From the human T2T-CHM13v2.0 reference genome, Homo sapiens: a DNA stretch of 64,000 bases. The notes under the pieces were generated by a model that saw only the letters and a list, made by a program, of their open reading frames with translations, did not search any database and was not told the origin of the DNA. Shown piece by piece: positions 14,100 to 28,379 of the stretch. The stretch lies in NCBI RefSeq assembly GCF_009914755.1, contig NC_060935.1, one strand, 5' to 3'. How positions within the stretch are numbered: position 1 is the stretch's first letter; every line of letters starts with the position of its first letter. A program made the translations under genes and the position numbers.

Positions 14100-14251
14100 G
14101 AAAAATGGTAGTAGACAAATAGGGATGTTACAAATAGCTAGAAATGCAAATGTAGCTTTGGAACTGGGTAGTGGGTAGAGGCTGAAATAATTTTGAAGTG
14201 AATGCTGGAGAAAGCCTAGGCATTCATGAGTGAAGCATTAAGGTAAATTCT
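14100..14251 (+). mobile_element. MST internal region, part 1
   Basis: gctttggaactgggtagtgggtagaggctg (MaLR internal 5' motif). Confidence 0.8.
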
Positions 14252-17200
14252 GGGGGCAGAGCAAGATGGTCAAATAGAAGCTTCCACTGATTGTCCTTCC
14301 ACAGGAACACCAAACTGAACAACCATCCACACAAAAAAGTACCTTCATAAGAATCCAAAATCAGATGAGCAATCAGTACCTGGTTTTAACTTTATATAAC
14401 TAAATGATGCACTGAAGAGAGTAGGAAAGACAGTCTTGAATTGACACCACCCTTCCCCCATCCCCTAGCAGCACCATGTGGTGCAGAGAGAGATTCTGTG
14501 CATTTGGGAGAGGGAGAGCTCAGTGATTGTAACACTTTGTATTGAAACTCAGTGCTGCCTTGTCACAACAGAAAGCAGCATGGGGAAGAACTCACCTGGC
14601 ACCCAAGGAGGGAGCATTTAGAACAACCAGAGGAAAATTGCCATTTCCAGGGGTTGGAACCTAAGTTCTGACAAGTCTAGTCTCTGCAGGCTAAAGTGCT
14701 CTGGGGTCCTAAATAAACTTAAAAGGCAGGTTAGACCAGAAGGACTACAATTCCTAGGTAAGTCCTAGTGCTATGCTGGACCTAGAGCCAGTGGACATGG
14801 GTGGCATGTGACCTAGTGAAACACCAGCTAGGGTGACCAAGGAAATACTTGTGGCACCTCTCTCCCAACCCCAGGCAGTGTACCTCACAGTTCTGGGAGG
14901 TACTTCACAGCTCTACCTGCCTTCCTTCCTCTTAAGAAGAGGAGAGGGGACAGTAAAGAGGACTTCATCTTGGAATTTGCGTACCAGCTCAGCCACAGCA
15001 GGATAGGACACTAGGCGTACTCCTGAGACACTCATTCCAGGCCCTAGCTGCTGGGTTATATTTCTAGACAAACTCTGGGCTAGAAGGGAAACTGCTGTCT
15101 TGAAAACAAGGACCCAGTCCTGGAAGAACTCATTCCCTGCTGGCTGTAGAACCCTTAGGCCTTGAAAAACCATCAGAAGTACCCAGGCAGTACTTGCCAC
15201 AGGCTGTGAGTGAGACTTAGAGTCATGCTGGCTCAGATATGACCCAGCACATTCCCAGCTGTGATGGCCATGATGAGAGACTCCTTATGCTTGAGACAGA
15301 GAGAGAAAAAAATAGAGAGGACTTTGCCTTACAGCTCAGGTACTAGCTTGGCCACAGTGGGGTAGAACACTAAGTAGGTTCCTGGGGTGCCCTATTCCGG
15401 GTCTTGGCACTTGGAGGATGTTTCTGGACCTGCCCTGGCCCAGAGGGGAGCCCAGTGCTTTTAAGAAAGAGTCCTAGGCCTGTCGGTAATCACTGCAAGC
15501 TGTCTGAAGAGTCCTTGGGTCTTGAGTGGACATTGGTGGTAGCCAGGCAGTATTCCCCATGGACCTGTGGTGGTGGTGGCCATGGGGAAAGACTCCTCTG
15601 CCTGTGGAAATAAAAGAGAAAATTGGGAACCATTTTGTCTTGTGGCTTGGGTTCCAGCTCAGCCACAGTAAAATAGAGCACCAGATAGATTGCTAAGGTT
15701 TCCAACTCCAGGCTCTGTCTCCCAAATGGATGGCATCTCTGGACCCAGCTGGGGCTAGCGAAACTTGCCACACTGAAGGGAAGGACACAACTCTGGCTAG
15801 CTAAGCACCTGCTGTTTGTGGAGCCCAAGGACCTTGAGCAAACAAAGGCAGTAACCAGGGAGTGGTTACTATGGGCCTTGGGCAAGACCTAGTGCTGTGC
15901 TTGATTTTGGTCTGATGTAGAGCAGTCCTAGTGGTAGTGGCCACAGGGGTGCTTATGTCACCCTTCCCTCAGCTCCAAACAGCTTAGCACAGACAGAGAG
16001 ACTCTATTATTTTGGGAGAAAATAAGATAACAAGAGTCTCTGCCTGGTAATCCAGGGAATTCTCTGTATCTTATCCAAGAGTACAAAGGTAGTACATCTA
16101 GAAGTCTACCAAGAGCCACAGCATTACTGGGCCGGGGTGCCTCCTAATGCAAATAATGACTGCAGTGACCAAAGACTTGGATCACAACAACCAAGTTTCT
16201 TTGAATACCTGGAAAGCCTTCCCAAGATGGATGGATGCAAGCAAGCCCAGATTATGGAGATGACAATAAATACATAACTCTTCAAGGCCCAGACACCAAC
16301 ACACATACACAAGCATCAGGAACATCCAGGAAAACATGACCTCACCAAATGAACTACATGACACATCAGGAAACAATCCTGAGGGACAGGGATATATGAG
16401 TTTTCAGACAGAATTAAAAATAGCTGTTTCGAGGAAACTCAGTGAAATTCAAGATAACAGAAGGAATTCAGAATCCTATCAGATAAATTTAACAAAAAAA
16501 ATGAAATAAAAATAAGCAAGATTCTGGAGTTGAAAAATGCAACTGAAACACTGAAGATTGCAGCAGATTCTCTTAACAGCAGAATTAATTAAACAATAAA
16601 AAACTAGTGAGCTTGAAGGCAGGCTATTTGAAATACACAGAGGAGACAAAAAGAGTAAAACAAGCCTACAAGGTCTAGAAAATAGCTTCAAAAGGGAAAA
16701 TCTAAGACTTATTCGTCTTAAAACAGAGGTAGAGAGAGAGATGGGATAGAAAATTTATTCAAAGGGATAATAAGAGAGCTTCCTAAACCTAGAGAACGAT
16801 ATCAGTATCCAAGTACAAGAAGGTTATAAAACACCAAGCAGATTTAACCCAAAGAAGACTACCTCAAAGCACTTAACAGTCAAACTTCCAAAGGTTAAGG
16901 TTAAATAATTCTCAAAACAGCAAGAGAAAGGAAACAACATATAATGGAGCTTCAACATGTCCGACAGCAGACTTAAGTGGAAACCTCACAGGCCAGGAGA
17001 GAATGGTATAACATTTTAACGTGCTGAAGGAAAAAACTTGTATCCTAGGTATTTCCAGCAAAAAATATTCTTCAAACATCAAGGAGAAATAAAAATTTTC
17101 CCAGACAAAAGCTGAGGAATTTCATTAACACCAGACCTGTCCTACAATAAATGCTAAAGGGAGTTCTTCAGTCTGAAAGAAAAGGATATTAATGAGCAAT

Positions 17201-18191
17201 TAAAAATTAACTGAAGGAATAAAACTCACTGGTAATAGTAAGGACACAGAACACAATATTATAACACTAATTGTGGTTTGTAAACTACTCATTTTGAATA
17301 GAAAGACTGAAAGATGAACTGATCAAAAATTACAACACGTTTCAAGACATAGAACAGTAAGATATAAATGGAAACAACAAAAAGTTAAAAAGCAGGGGGA
17401 TGAAGCTAAAGTATAGAGTTTTTATTAGTTTTCATTTTGCTTGTTTATGGAATCAGTGTTAAGTTGTCATCAGCATAAAGTAATGGGTTATGAGAGAGTA
17501 TTTGCAAGTCTCAAGGTAAACTCAAATGGAAAAACATACAACAGATACACAAAAAATAAAAAACAATAAATCAAAATATACCACCAAAGAAAATTGCCTT
17601 CACTAAAAGGAAGGAAGGAAAGAAGGAAGAGAAGACCACAGAACAAGCAGAGAACAAATGGCAGAACTAAGTCCTTACAATATCAATAATAACATTGAAT
17701 GTAAATCAACTAAATTCTCCAGTCGAAAGACATAGAGTACCTGAATGAATTTTTTAAAAAAGAGACCCAACAATCTGTTTTCTACAAGAAACACACTTCA
17801 CCTATAAAGACACTCATAGATTGAAAATAAAGGGATAGAAAAAAATATTTTTCATGCAAATGGCAACAAAAAAAAGAGCAGGAGCATCTATAATTATATC
17901 AGACAAAACAGATTTCAAGTCAAAAAGTATTAAAAAAGAAAAGAAGGTCTATATATAATAATGAAGGAATCAATTCAACAAGAGGATATAACACTTGTAA
18001 ATATATATGTACCTAATACTGGAGCACCCAGATATATAAAACAAATATTATTAGAGCTAAAGAGAGATAGATCCCAATGAAATAAAAGATCCCAATACAA
18101 TAATAGCTGGAGATTCAATACCCCACTTTCAGAGTTGGGCAGATTATCCCAACAGGAAATCAACAAAGAAACATGGACTTAATCTACACTG
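14252..18191 (+). mobile_element. 5' half of an L1M1/L1MA1-3-type LINE-1 (5'UTR, decayed ORF1, start of ORF2)
   Basis: Starts gggggcagagcaagatgg; ORF1-like sequence at about 16.3-17.2 kb; ORF2 EN start at about 17.66 kb (ataacattgaatgtaaat); flanked by aaggtaaatt at 14240-14249 and 18192-18201. Confidence 0.9.
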
Positions 18192-19813
18192 AAGGTAAAT
18201 TATTGTGAGGGCTCAGAAGAGGAGAGTTGTAGGAAAAGTCTAAGACTTCTTAGAGATTACTTAAGTGCTTTGGATAAGAATACTGGTGGAAATATATACA
18301 GCAAGAGCCATTCTGGTGAGGTCTCAGATAGAAATGAAGAATAAGGTATTGGAAACTTGAGGAAAGAACAGCCTAGTTAAAAAGTGTCAAATAACTTGGC
18401 TGAATTGCATCTATGCCAAAGAGCTTTGTGAAAAGCAGAGTTTAAGAAAAAGGAACTAGGATACCTGACATAAAAAAACCATCTAAGCAGGAGAGCATTC
18501 AGAGTGCTGCGTGGCTTCTTTCAACCACACATGGTAAAATGTGAGGAACCAATGATTCAACTATGGAATTCATAATTAAAAGAACAATGTAATGTAGAGA
18601 TTTGAAGGACCTTCAGCCTGGCCATGTGGTAGGGAATGAGAAAGCATTTTTAGGAGAGAAAACCAAGGGTGTGGCCCAGTAACTATTTGATAAGATTAGT
18701 ATGACTAAAATGAAGCCAAGGGCTATTCATCAGGACAATGGGAAAATGTCCCCAAAGGTACTGTGGAAATTACCTATCAGAGGTCCAAAGTGTCAAGGCC
18801 TTAGAGAAAGAAATACGTCAATAGGGCACCAACCAGACCTCAGTATTTGTTGCTCTCAAGTGTCTCTCCGCTATTTATTGTGCAGCACTCCTCAGCCATG
18901 GCCCAGGATGGCCCAGGTGAAACTTGACCCACAGCTCCAGAAAGTACAAGTCACAAATCTTGGAAGCATCCATGTGGTAGTGCAAATTATGCAGCAATGC
19001 AGAATGCAAGAGTTGTGGAGGCATGACTTCCTTTACCTAAATTTCAAATAATGTGGTGGATAGACTGGAAGCCCAGGCAGAGGCTTGTTGCAGGGGCAGA
19101 GCCACTGCAGAGAACCCCCACTAGGATAATGTCCAGTGGAACTACAGGATCAAAGCCACCACAGAGAATCCCTACTAGAGTAATGTCTAGTGGACCCATG
19201 GGAGTGGGACCTCCCCTGAGACTCCAGAAGTGTAGAGCTACTAGTGTTCAGTTCCAGCCTGGGAGAGCTGTAGGCACAAAACTCCAACCCATGAGAATTG
19301 CTGCATGAGCCAAGCCCAACAAAACCATACAGGCAGGGCTGTCTGAGTCGTTGGGGGCCCAACCTCCACTCCAGTGTGTCCAGGAGGTGACACATGAAGT
19401 GACAGATTATGAATCTTAAAATTTAATATTGCCTACTGGCAATATTGCCTGTTGGGTTTTGGACTTACTTAAGGCCTGCTACTCCTTTCTTCTCACCATT
19501 TTACAATGGGACTATCTATTCTTTGGCTGTTCCACCATTGCGTTTTGGAAGTAGATAACTTGTTTAATTTCACAAGCTCACAGCTAGAGGAAAATTTGCC
19601 TCAGGATGAATCATGCCTTGCATCTTACCCATATCTGATTTACATGAGACTGTGGACTTTGAGTTGGTGCTGGAAGAATTTAAGACTTTGGGGGCTATTG
19701 AGACTTATGAGTTGGTGCTGGAAGAATTTAAGACTTTGGGGGCTATTGAGATGGACCAAATATTCATATTTTTATATAATAAGGACATGAGTTTTGGAGA
19801 GGCAGAGGCAGAA
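18192..19813 (+). mobile_element. MST internal region, part 2
   Basis: gtgagggctcagaag, cattctggtgaggtctcagat, cagcctggccatgtgg; polypurine tract ggagaggcagaggcagaa just before the 3' LTR. Confidence 0.85.
19660..19751 (+). repeat. 48-bp-period tandem duplication (44 bp identical)
   Basis: tgagttggtgctggaagaatttaagactttgggggctattgaga at 19660-19703 and 19708-19751. Confidence 0.95.
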
Positions 19814-20163
19814 TTTTTTATTTGAATGTTTGTATCCTCCTCATGTTGAAATTTCATTGCCATTTTAACAGTATTAAGTGGTGGATCCTTTAAGGGGTGG
19901 TTAGTCGATAAGACCTCTATCCTTATGGGTGTGATTGGTGCCAGTATAAAAGGGCAAGTTTTTCTCTTTCTCACTCTCCCTTGCCCCCTCCACCATGTGA
20001 TGCTTTCCAACATGTTATGGCACAACAAGAAGGCCGTTGCCAGATTCCAGCATCTTGATATTGGACTTCTCAGCCTCCAGAACTGTGAGCCAATACATTT
20101 CTGTTCAGTATAAATTACCCAGTGTTGGTATTCTATTATAGCAACATAAAAGAGACTAATATA
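19814..20163 (+). mobile_element. MST MaLR 3' LTR
   Basis: catgttgaaatt, ggacttctcagcctccagaactgtgag, tataaattacccag; ends gactaatata. Confidence 0.85.
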
Positions 20164-22826
<2,663 letters not shown>

Positions 22827-24206
22827 TCATTCTTTTTTATACCTATATAGCATTCTATTTCATGGATGTGCCATCATTTATTTAATTAAACCTCCATCTA
22901 AGGGGATTTTATTTTTGCAATGTTTTCATGATCAAAATATTTTAACAAATATCATTTATATATTATTTTCATCATGTGGGTTTCTATCTCTAGAGTATTT
23001 CTAAGGATACAAGTACTGGTTTAAAGAATATGTACATTTTGAATATTTTAACCAATGTTGATGAGAAACAAAATAAAGCTATATATTTCCACTAGCAATC
23101 ATTGAGAGTGCTGGTTTTTCACACTTTGCTCAATAGAGTGTCTTATCAAAATTTTTGCTCTTTGACAAATACCAAAATGGTAATTCATTGTTGTTTTAAT
23201 TTGCGTTCCTCTTTTTAAGGGTAAATATGGGTATATTTGCATATATTTAAGATTTATTTGCCTATTGTTTCTGTGACCTATTAATAAAATTTGACTATTT
23301 TATTGAGTTTTCATTTTGATAGACATTATTTATATATTAAATAATTAAAACCTTAGTGATATGAGTTATGAATTTTCCTCCAGTGTGTGATACATGTTTT
23401 ACCTGATTAACGTGCTTATTTTTACAATGTACTTTTTATTTTAATGCAATAAAATTTAGCTTTCATTTGTTCTTTTTGTTGGATATTTCCCACTCTGAGA
23501 TCATTTCTAAAATTCCCATTTTGTTTTATATAGTTTATGAATTAATATTTTACATTAAAATATTTGACACAAATATGTATTTTTCTATAATTAATAAATC
23601 CATGTTCTTTTTTTCAGTGTGGCTATGTAGTTTTCACAGCACCATTTATTTGAATAAGCTAATGTTTATCCCCTTATTTGAAGTGCTGTATTCATAATAA
23701 ACTAAATTTCTAAATAATTTTGAGCCTACGTTTGAACTTTCGGTTATGTTCCATTGATATGTATCTATTCATATGTCATTATTTTACTGTTTTAATTATT
23801 GTAGCCCTAAATATGTTAATTGCTGCTATGTCTAATTCTTCTTTATCAGTTTTTATTTTTAGAGCTATTTTGACAAAATTAGTTTATTTTTTTTTTTCAC
23901 ATAAACTTTAGGATCTTTATAGTTCTAAAAACTCTTGGTATATTTTTGTGATTTTACAATATTTATAAATTCACTTATGGAGAATTGCTATCATGTTGAA
24001 ATTGGGCCTTCCTATCCACAAACACAGCTTTGCACTGTTTCAAGTTCTTGAGTAAAATAGTCTGTGTACTGGTACTGGTTTGCAATGCGATAAGAATAAA
24101 ACAAGAATTAAACATAAACTTTCAGAGTAATTTTACATGATTATGACTCTTATTGAAGTTGTGATGGTTTTGCAAATTCATATTTATCATATTCAAAAAA
24201 TTACCT

Positions 24207-24510
24207 GGTCGGGCGTGGTGCTTTATGCCTGTAATCCCTGCAGTTTGGGTGGCCGAGATGGGTAGATGTCTTGAGTCCAGGAGTTCAAAAACAGCCTGGG
24301 CAACATGGTGAAACCCTGTCTCCATAAAAAAAAAAAAAATACAAAAATTACCTGGGTATGGTGGTGCACACATGTGGTCCCAGCTACTCAGGAAGCTGAG
24401 GTGGGAGGATCACTTGAGCCCAGAGAGGTCAAGGCTGTAGTGAGCCATGATCATGTCACTGCACTCCAACCTGGGCAACACAGTGAGACCCTATATAAAA
24501 AAAAACAAAA
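24207..24510 (+). mobile_element. AluJ
   Basis: gaggtgggaggatcacttgagccc and ggtcaaggctgtagtgagccatgatc (J diagnostics). Confidence 0.93.
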
Positions 24511-25169
24511 TATTAACCATAATAAGTTGAAAATCGAAAGATTGGTGTTTTACCAATATAGTCTGAGAAGCACTGGTGTACAAGCAGTATAGTGCTTTTG
24601 TTATTTTTATTATTGTTTGATTGATTATATGTATGTAATACATTAAGAAAATTACATTCATCATTTTTGTAATTTTTTAAATTTTCCTTTTAGTTTGGTC
24701 ATTTTTTCTCCTTTATGTCTCTTGTATTTCACATCACCCCCTTCCCAAGATTACTCATATTAATACTGATTATATATTCTTCCATATTTTATCTAGAAAA
24801 ATGTTATATAACGGTAGTAATAGTATGCAAAAAGTTCTTCTCTCTGAATTTTAATTTGAGTACCACTAAAGCTTCATCAGAAGATATAATCCTTGTTTTG
24901 AGGATATATGTACATTTATCATGTTTAAAAGATATCTTTTTACAATATTTCTTTCTTGAATATTTAAAAAAGTCTATCAAATATATTCTTAGCATTTTGA
25001 TAGTGTATTTATGATTTGACTTTTAAGTGTATCAATATGATAAATTACACAATATAGCTTCTAATACTGGGTTGTCTTTGCTTTCCTTGTGTAAATTTTA
25101 TGTTGTTGATCATGGTGCACTCATCTTTTAATGTTCTATTGGATTCTGTTTGTCAGTATTTCGTTTAAA

Positions 25170-25492
<323 letters not shown>

Positions 25493-27263
25493 CATTTAAG
25501 ATTTTTATGTTGAGTTGTATAGATGAGATTTCCTTGTAGTTGTCTTTCTGTGGGCTTATATTAATGCTTTGCTAATTTTATACAAACAAAATTTAAAGTA
25601 TTACTTCTTCTTCTATGTTCTAGAAATATCTTTAATGTTAATTATTCTTTAAATAATTGGTTTAATTTTTCTGTGCAAGTGCCTGGTCCCGATGTACAGG
25701 GATATATTGAAGGTAGTGTTGCTAAACAAGTAATCCTCTGTCAGTTGCCATTTGTTGTCGTCTTTTCTTTTTTTTTAAGAAAATTAATATGTGAAGAGGC
25801 ATCAGAATTTTTAGAAACTATTACTTGCATTTCAATGAGTAAATTATGTTCTTTGGCCAAACGTTAATGAAAGTCTCCGTTGTTTCAAGGCCGGGATTGT
25901 GTTTTCGGCTAGGGAGTATTTAAACCGACATTCTCCATGACAAAGTATTAACTGTGAGGGAGTTCTTTTACCCTTTAGTTCACCTCAGGCAAAGATATGA
26001 GCAGCTATATTTACAGAGTTTCTATCCTCCACTCTATTGGCACTGTTTTGGGTAAATATTGGGAGTCTTTGTAAGTTTTCCTTCAAGCCATCTCCCTATG
26101 CTTTTTTTTTTTTTTAGGTTAAGTACAAAATTTGGTCTTATGAAGATTACACTGGTAAACTTCATTCCTATTGTATGAAACAAGGAATTGTTAGTTTTTT
26201 TGCCCCTCATCGTGTGTCATCTACTTTGGATAACGATGTTCCAATACTTTTTAAAATTTCTGAGATCTCCAGCTATAGGTACAGTATTCTCAGTTGTCTT
26301 TCAGCTCCCCTGTTTGACATTCACTGCATCTTACAACCCTTTCTCATACATTGGGAGGTACAAATTTGTGTTAAGTTTCACTGGAGACAAAAATTGCATT
26401 AAAAGATGGGAACATATAAATTTTACATTTGTTTTCAGTGTGGTTAAAACAATAGATTCTCTTGAAATATTTTTTGTTCAAGTTTTGGTCTTCATCTTTA
26501 AATTTATGTCAATCATGACCTTCACTGGCATGAAAAGTTAACTGAGATCAGCAGATTTCAGAACTATCTGAAAATTACTACACTGGACTTCAAAGGGAAA
26601 AACAGTGTTTCTAAGAAAATCAATTATGTATAATGTATTTGGGGGAGAGAAAGAAAATGATAAGAAATGTATATGTCATGAAGCCCTGTTTTAGTAAAAC
26701 AATAGCTTCTGTATTAATATATTTTTTTCACAATATGTGGTATGTATGCAAGTAATGTAAGATTCAAAGAATTGCAGTGGAAACTGAAAAGGAAATTGAA
26801 AACAAAAGCAACAAAATGTTATGTATTTTCTCTTTAATTTTCAGAGAAGCCAAGAAATAATTTGAGAAGCAAGAACACCAAGGGAGGATTACCTCCCTTT
26901 GTGGGTAAACCTCAACTGGTGCCACTTTTGCAGATATGTTCTATAAAACCACCTGACTGCTCCAGAAAACCAAACATCCAAAAACTCTCACAATTTTTGG
27001 CTATGTAAGGTGAAGTTTTGGTGACATAATCGGTAGAAAAATTATGCCTGAAACTCACAGATAGTTTTTAAGATCTAACTCACCTTGGAAAATCATTAGG
27101 AGGCATGTGACTTCAAATCAAAATTTAAACATGTTCCGATTACTTTTGGGAAAATGTTTTTGGATTATAAAATAAGTTATCTTTTTGCTTTTAGAATTCT
27201 AATTTTATTCAATAATTATCCTAATGAGGTAGAGGACCCTGTCTCAGAAGGTGACATTTTTTA

Positions 27264-27505
27264 GGCTGGACATAGTGGCTCATACCTGTAATCCCAGCAC
27301 TTTGGGGCATATCACTTGAGGTCAGGAGTTCAGGACCAGCCTGGCCAACATAGTGAAACCCGTCTCTACTAAAAATACAAAAATTAGCTGGGTGTGGTGG
27401 TGTGTGCCTGTAGTCCCAGCTACTTGGGATGCTGAGGCATGAGAATTCCTCGAACCTGGGAGGATGAAAGAGTAAGACTCCATCTTAAAAAAAAGAAGAA
27501 ATAAA
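27264..27505 (+). mobile_element. AluS with two internal deletions
   Basis: ctttggg|gcatatcac (about 12 nt missing) and ctgggagg|atgaaagag (about 46 nt missing). Confidence 0.9.
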
Positions 27506-28305
27506 AGATGCTATTCTTTAACCACTCAGGCCCAGCATAAAACTACACATAAACAAAGCATCCAGTTGATACTGGGGGCCAAATGGTTTATGTACAATTG
27601 AGCTAAACTTAAACTTGTATTTTCAAAGCATAGAAAGCATCATTGAAACCCAAATTGGGGAGCTTGTTTAAATGTTAGATTAAATGCTGTAAGTAACTCT
27701 GAAAAGGCTGCAAACATGGAAAGCAATCAGGCCAGTCATAATTACTATGCCCTTGAATTCTAGTACTTTATGGGGAAAGAAAATAAATCTAGTTACTCAT
27801 CTTCTTCGTGAATGAAATGTGCTCTGCACTTCAAAAGCAAATTATTATCCTTCATCTAAATCATTGACTTAATGATATTCTATTTCCCAATCTCATCCTC
27901 ATGTCGCTGACAATGAAAAAGCTTAATGTAATGATTAAAAAGTGTTGTTATATTTGAGCTGAGGTTTATTTCAGGATTTTGTGATTTAAAATAATATAAA
28001 ATAAAGGTTTTTCTTGGTTACGTCTTTGTAAGTGAATATTAAAAAGTAAATATTTCTATATTTTCTCATCAAGAGGAATGATGCAAATGTTTGTTAGTTC
28101 CTGCCCAGGGAACTTAAAATCTCATTGAGAGAGCCAAGATATAAATAAAGTTCATTAGATAACAACACAGTTGATCAGTAAAACTTAAAAATGATATTAT
28201 GAAATAAGTTCCAAAGGCATACATTAAAACCTTTTTTTTTTCTGGCAAATATTAGGGAAAAATATTCTCCTAAAAATTATGTGACACTTGTTAAGTACTG
28301 AAGTG

Positions 28306-28379
28306 ATTTTTTTGTTTTTCTTTTTTGAGACAGGTTCTTGCTCTGTTGCCAGGCTAGAGTGCAATAGCACAACCAGGGC
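28306..28379 (-). mobile_element. AluJ 3' piece (split by THE1A)
   Basis: Poly-T then gagacaggttcttgctctgttgccaggctagagtgcaat; resumes at 30907. Confidence 0.9.
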
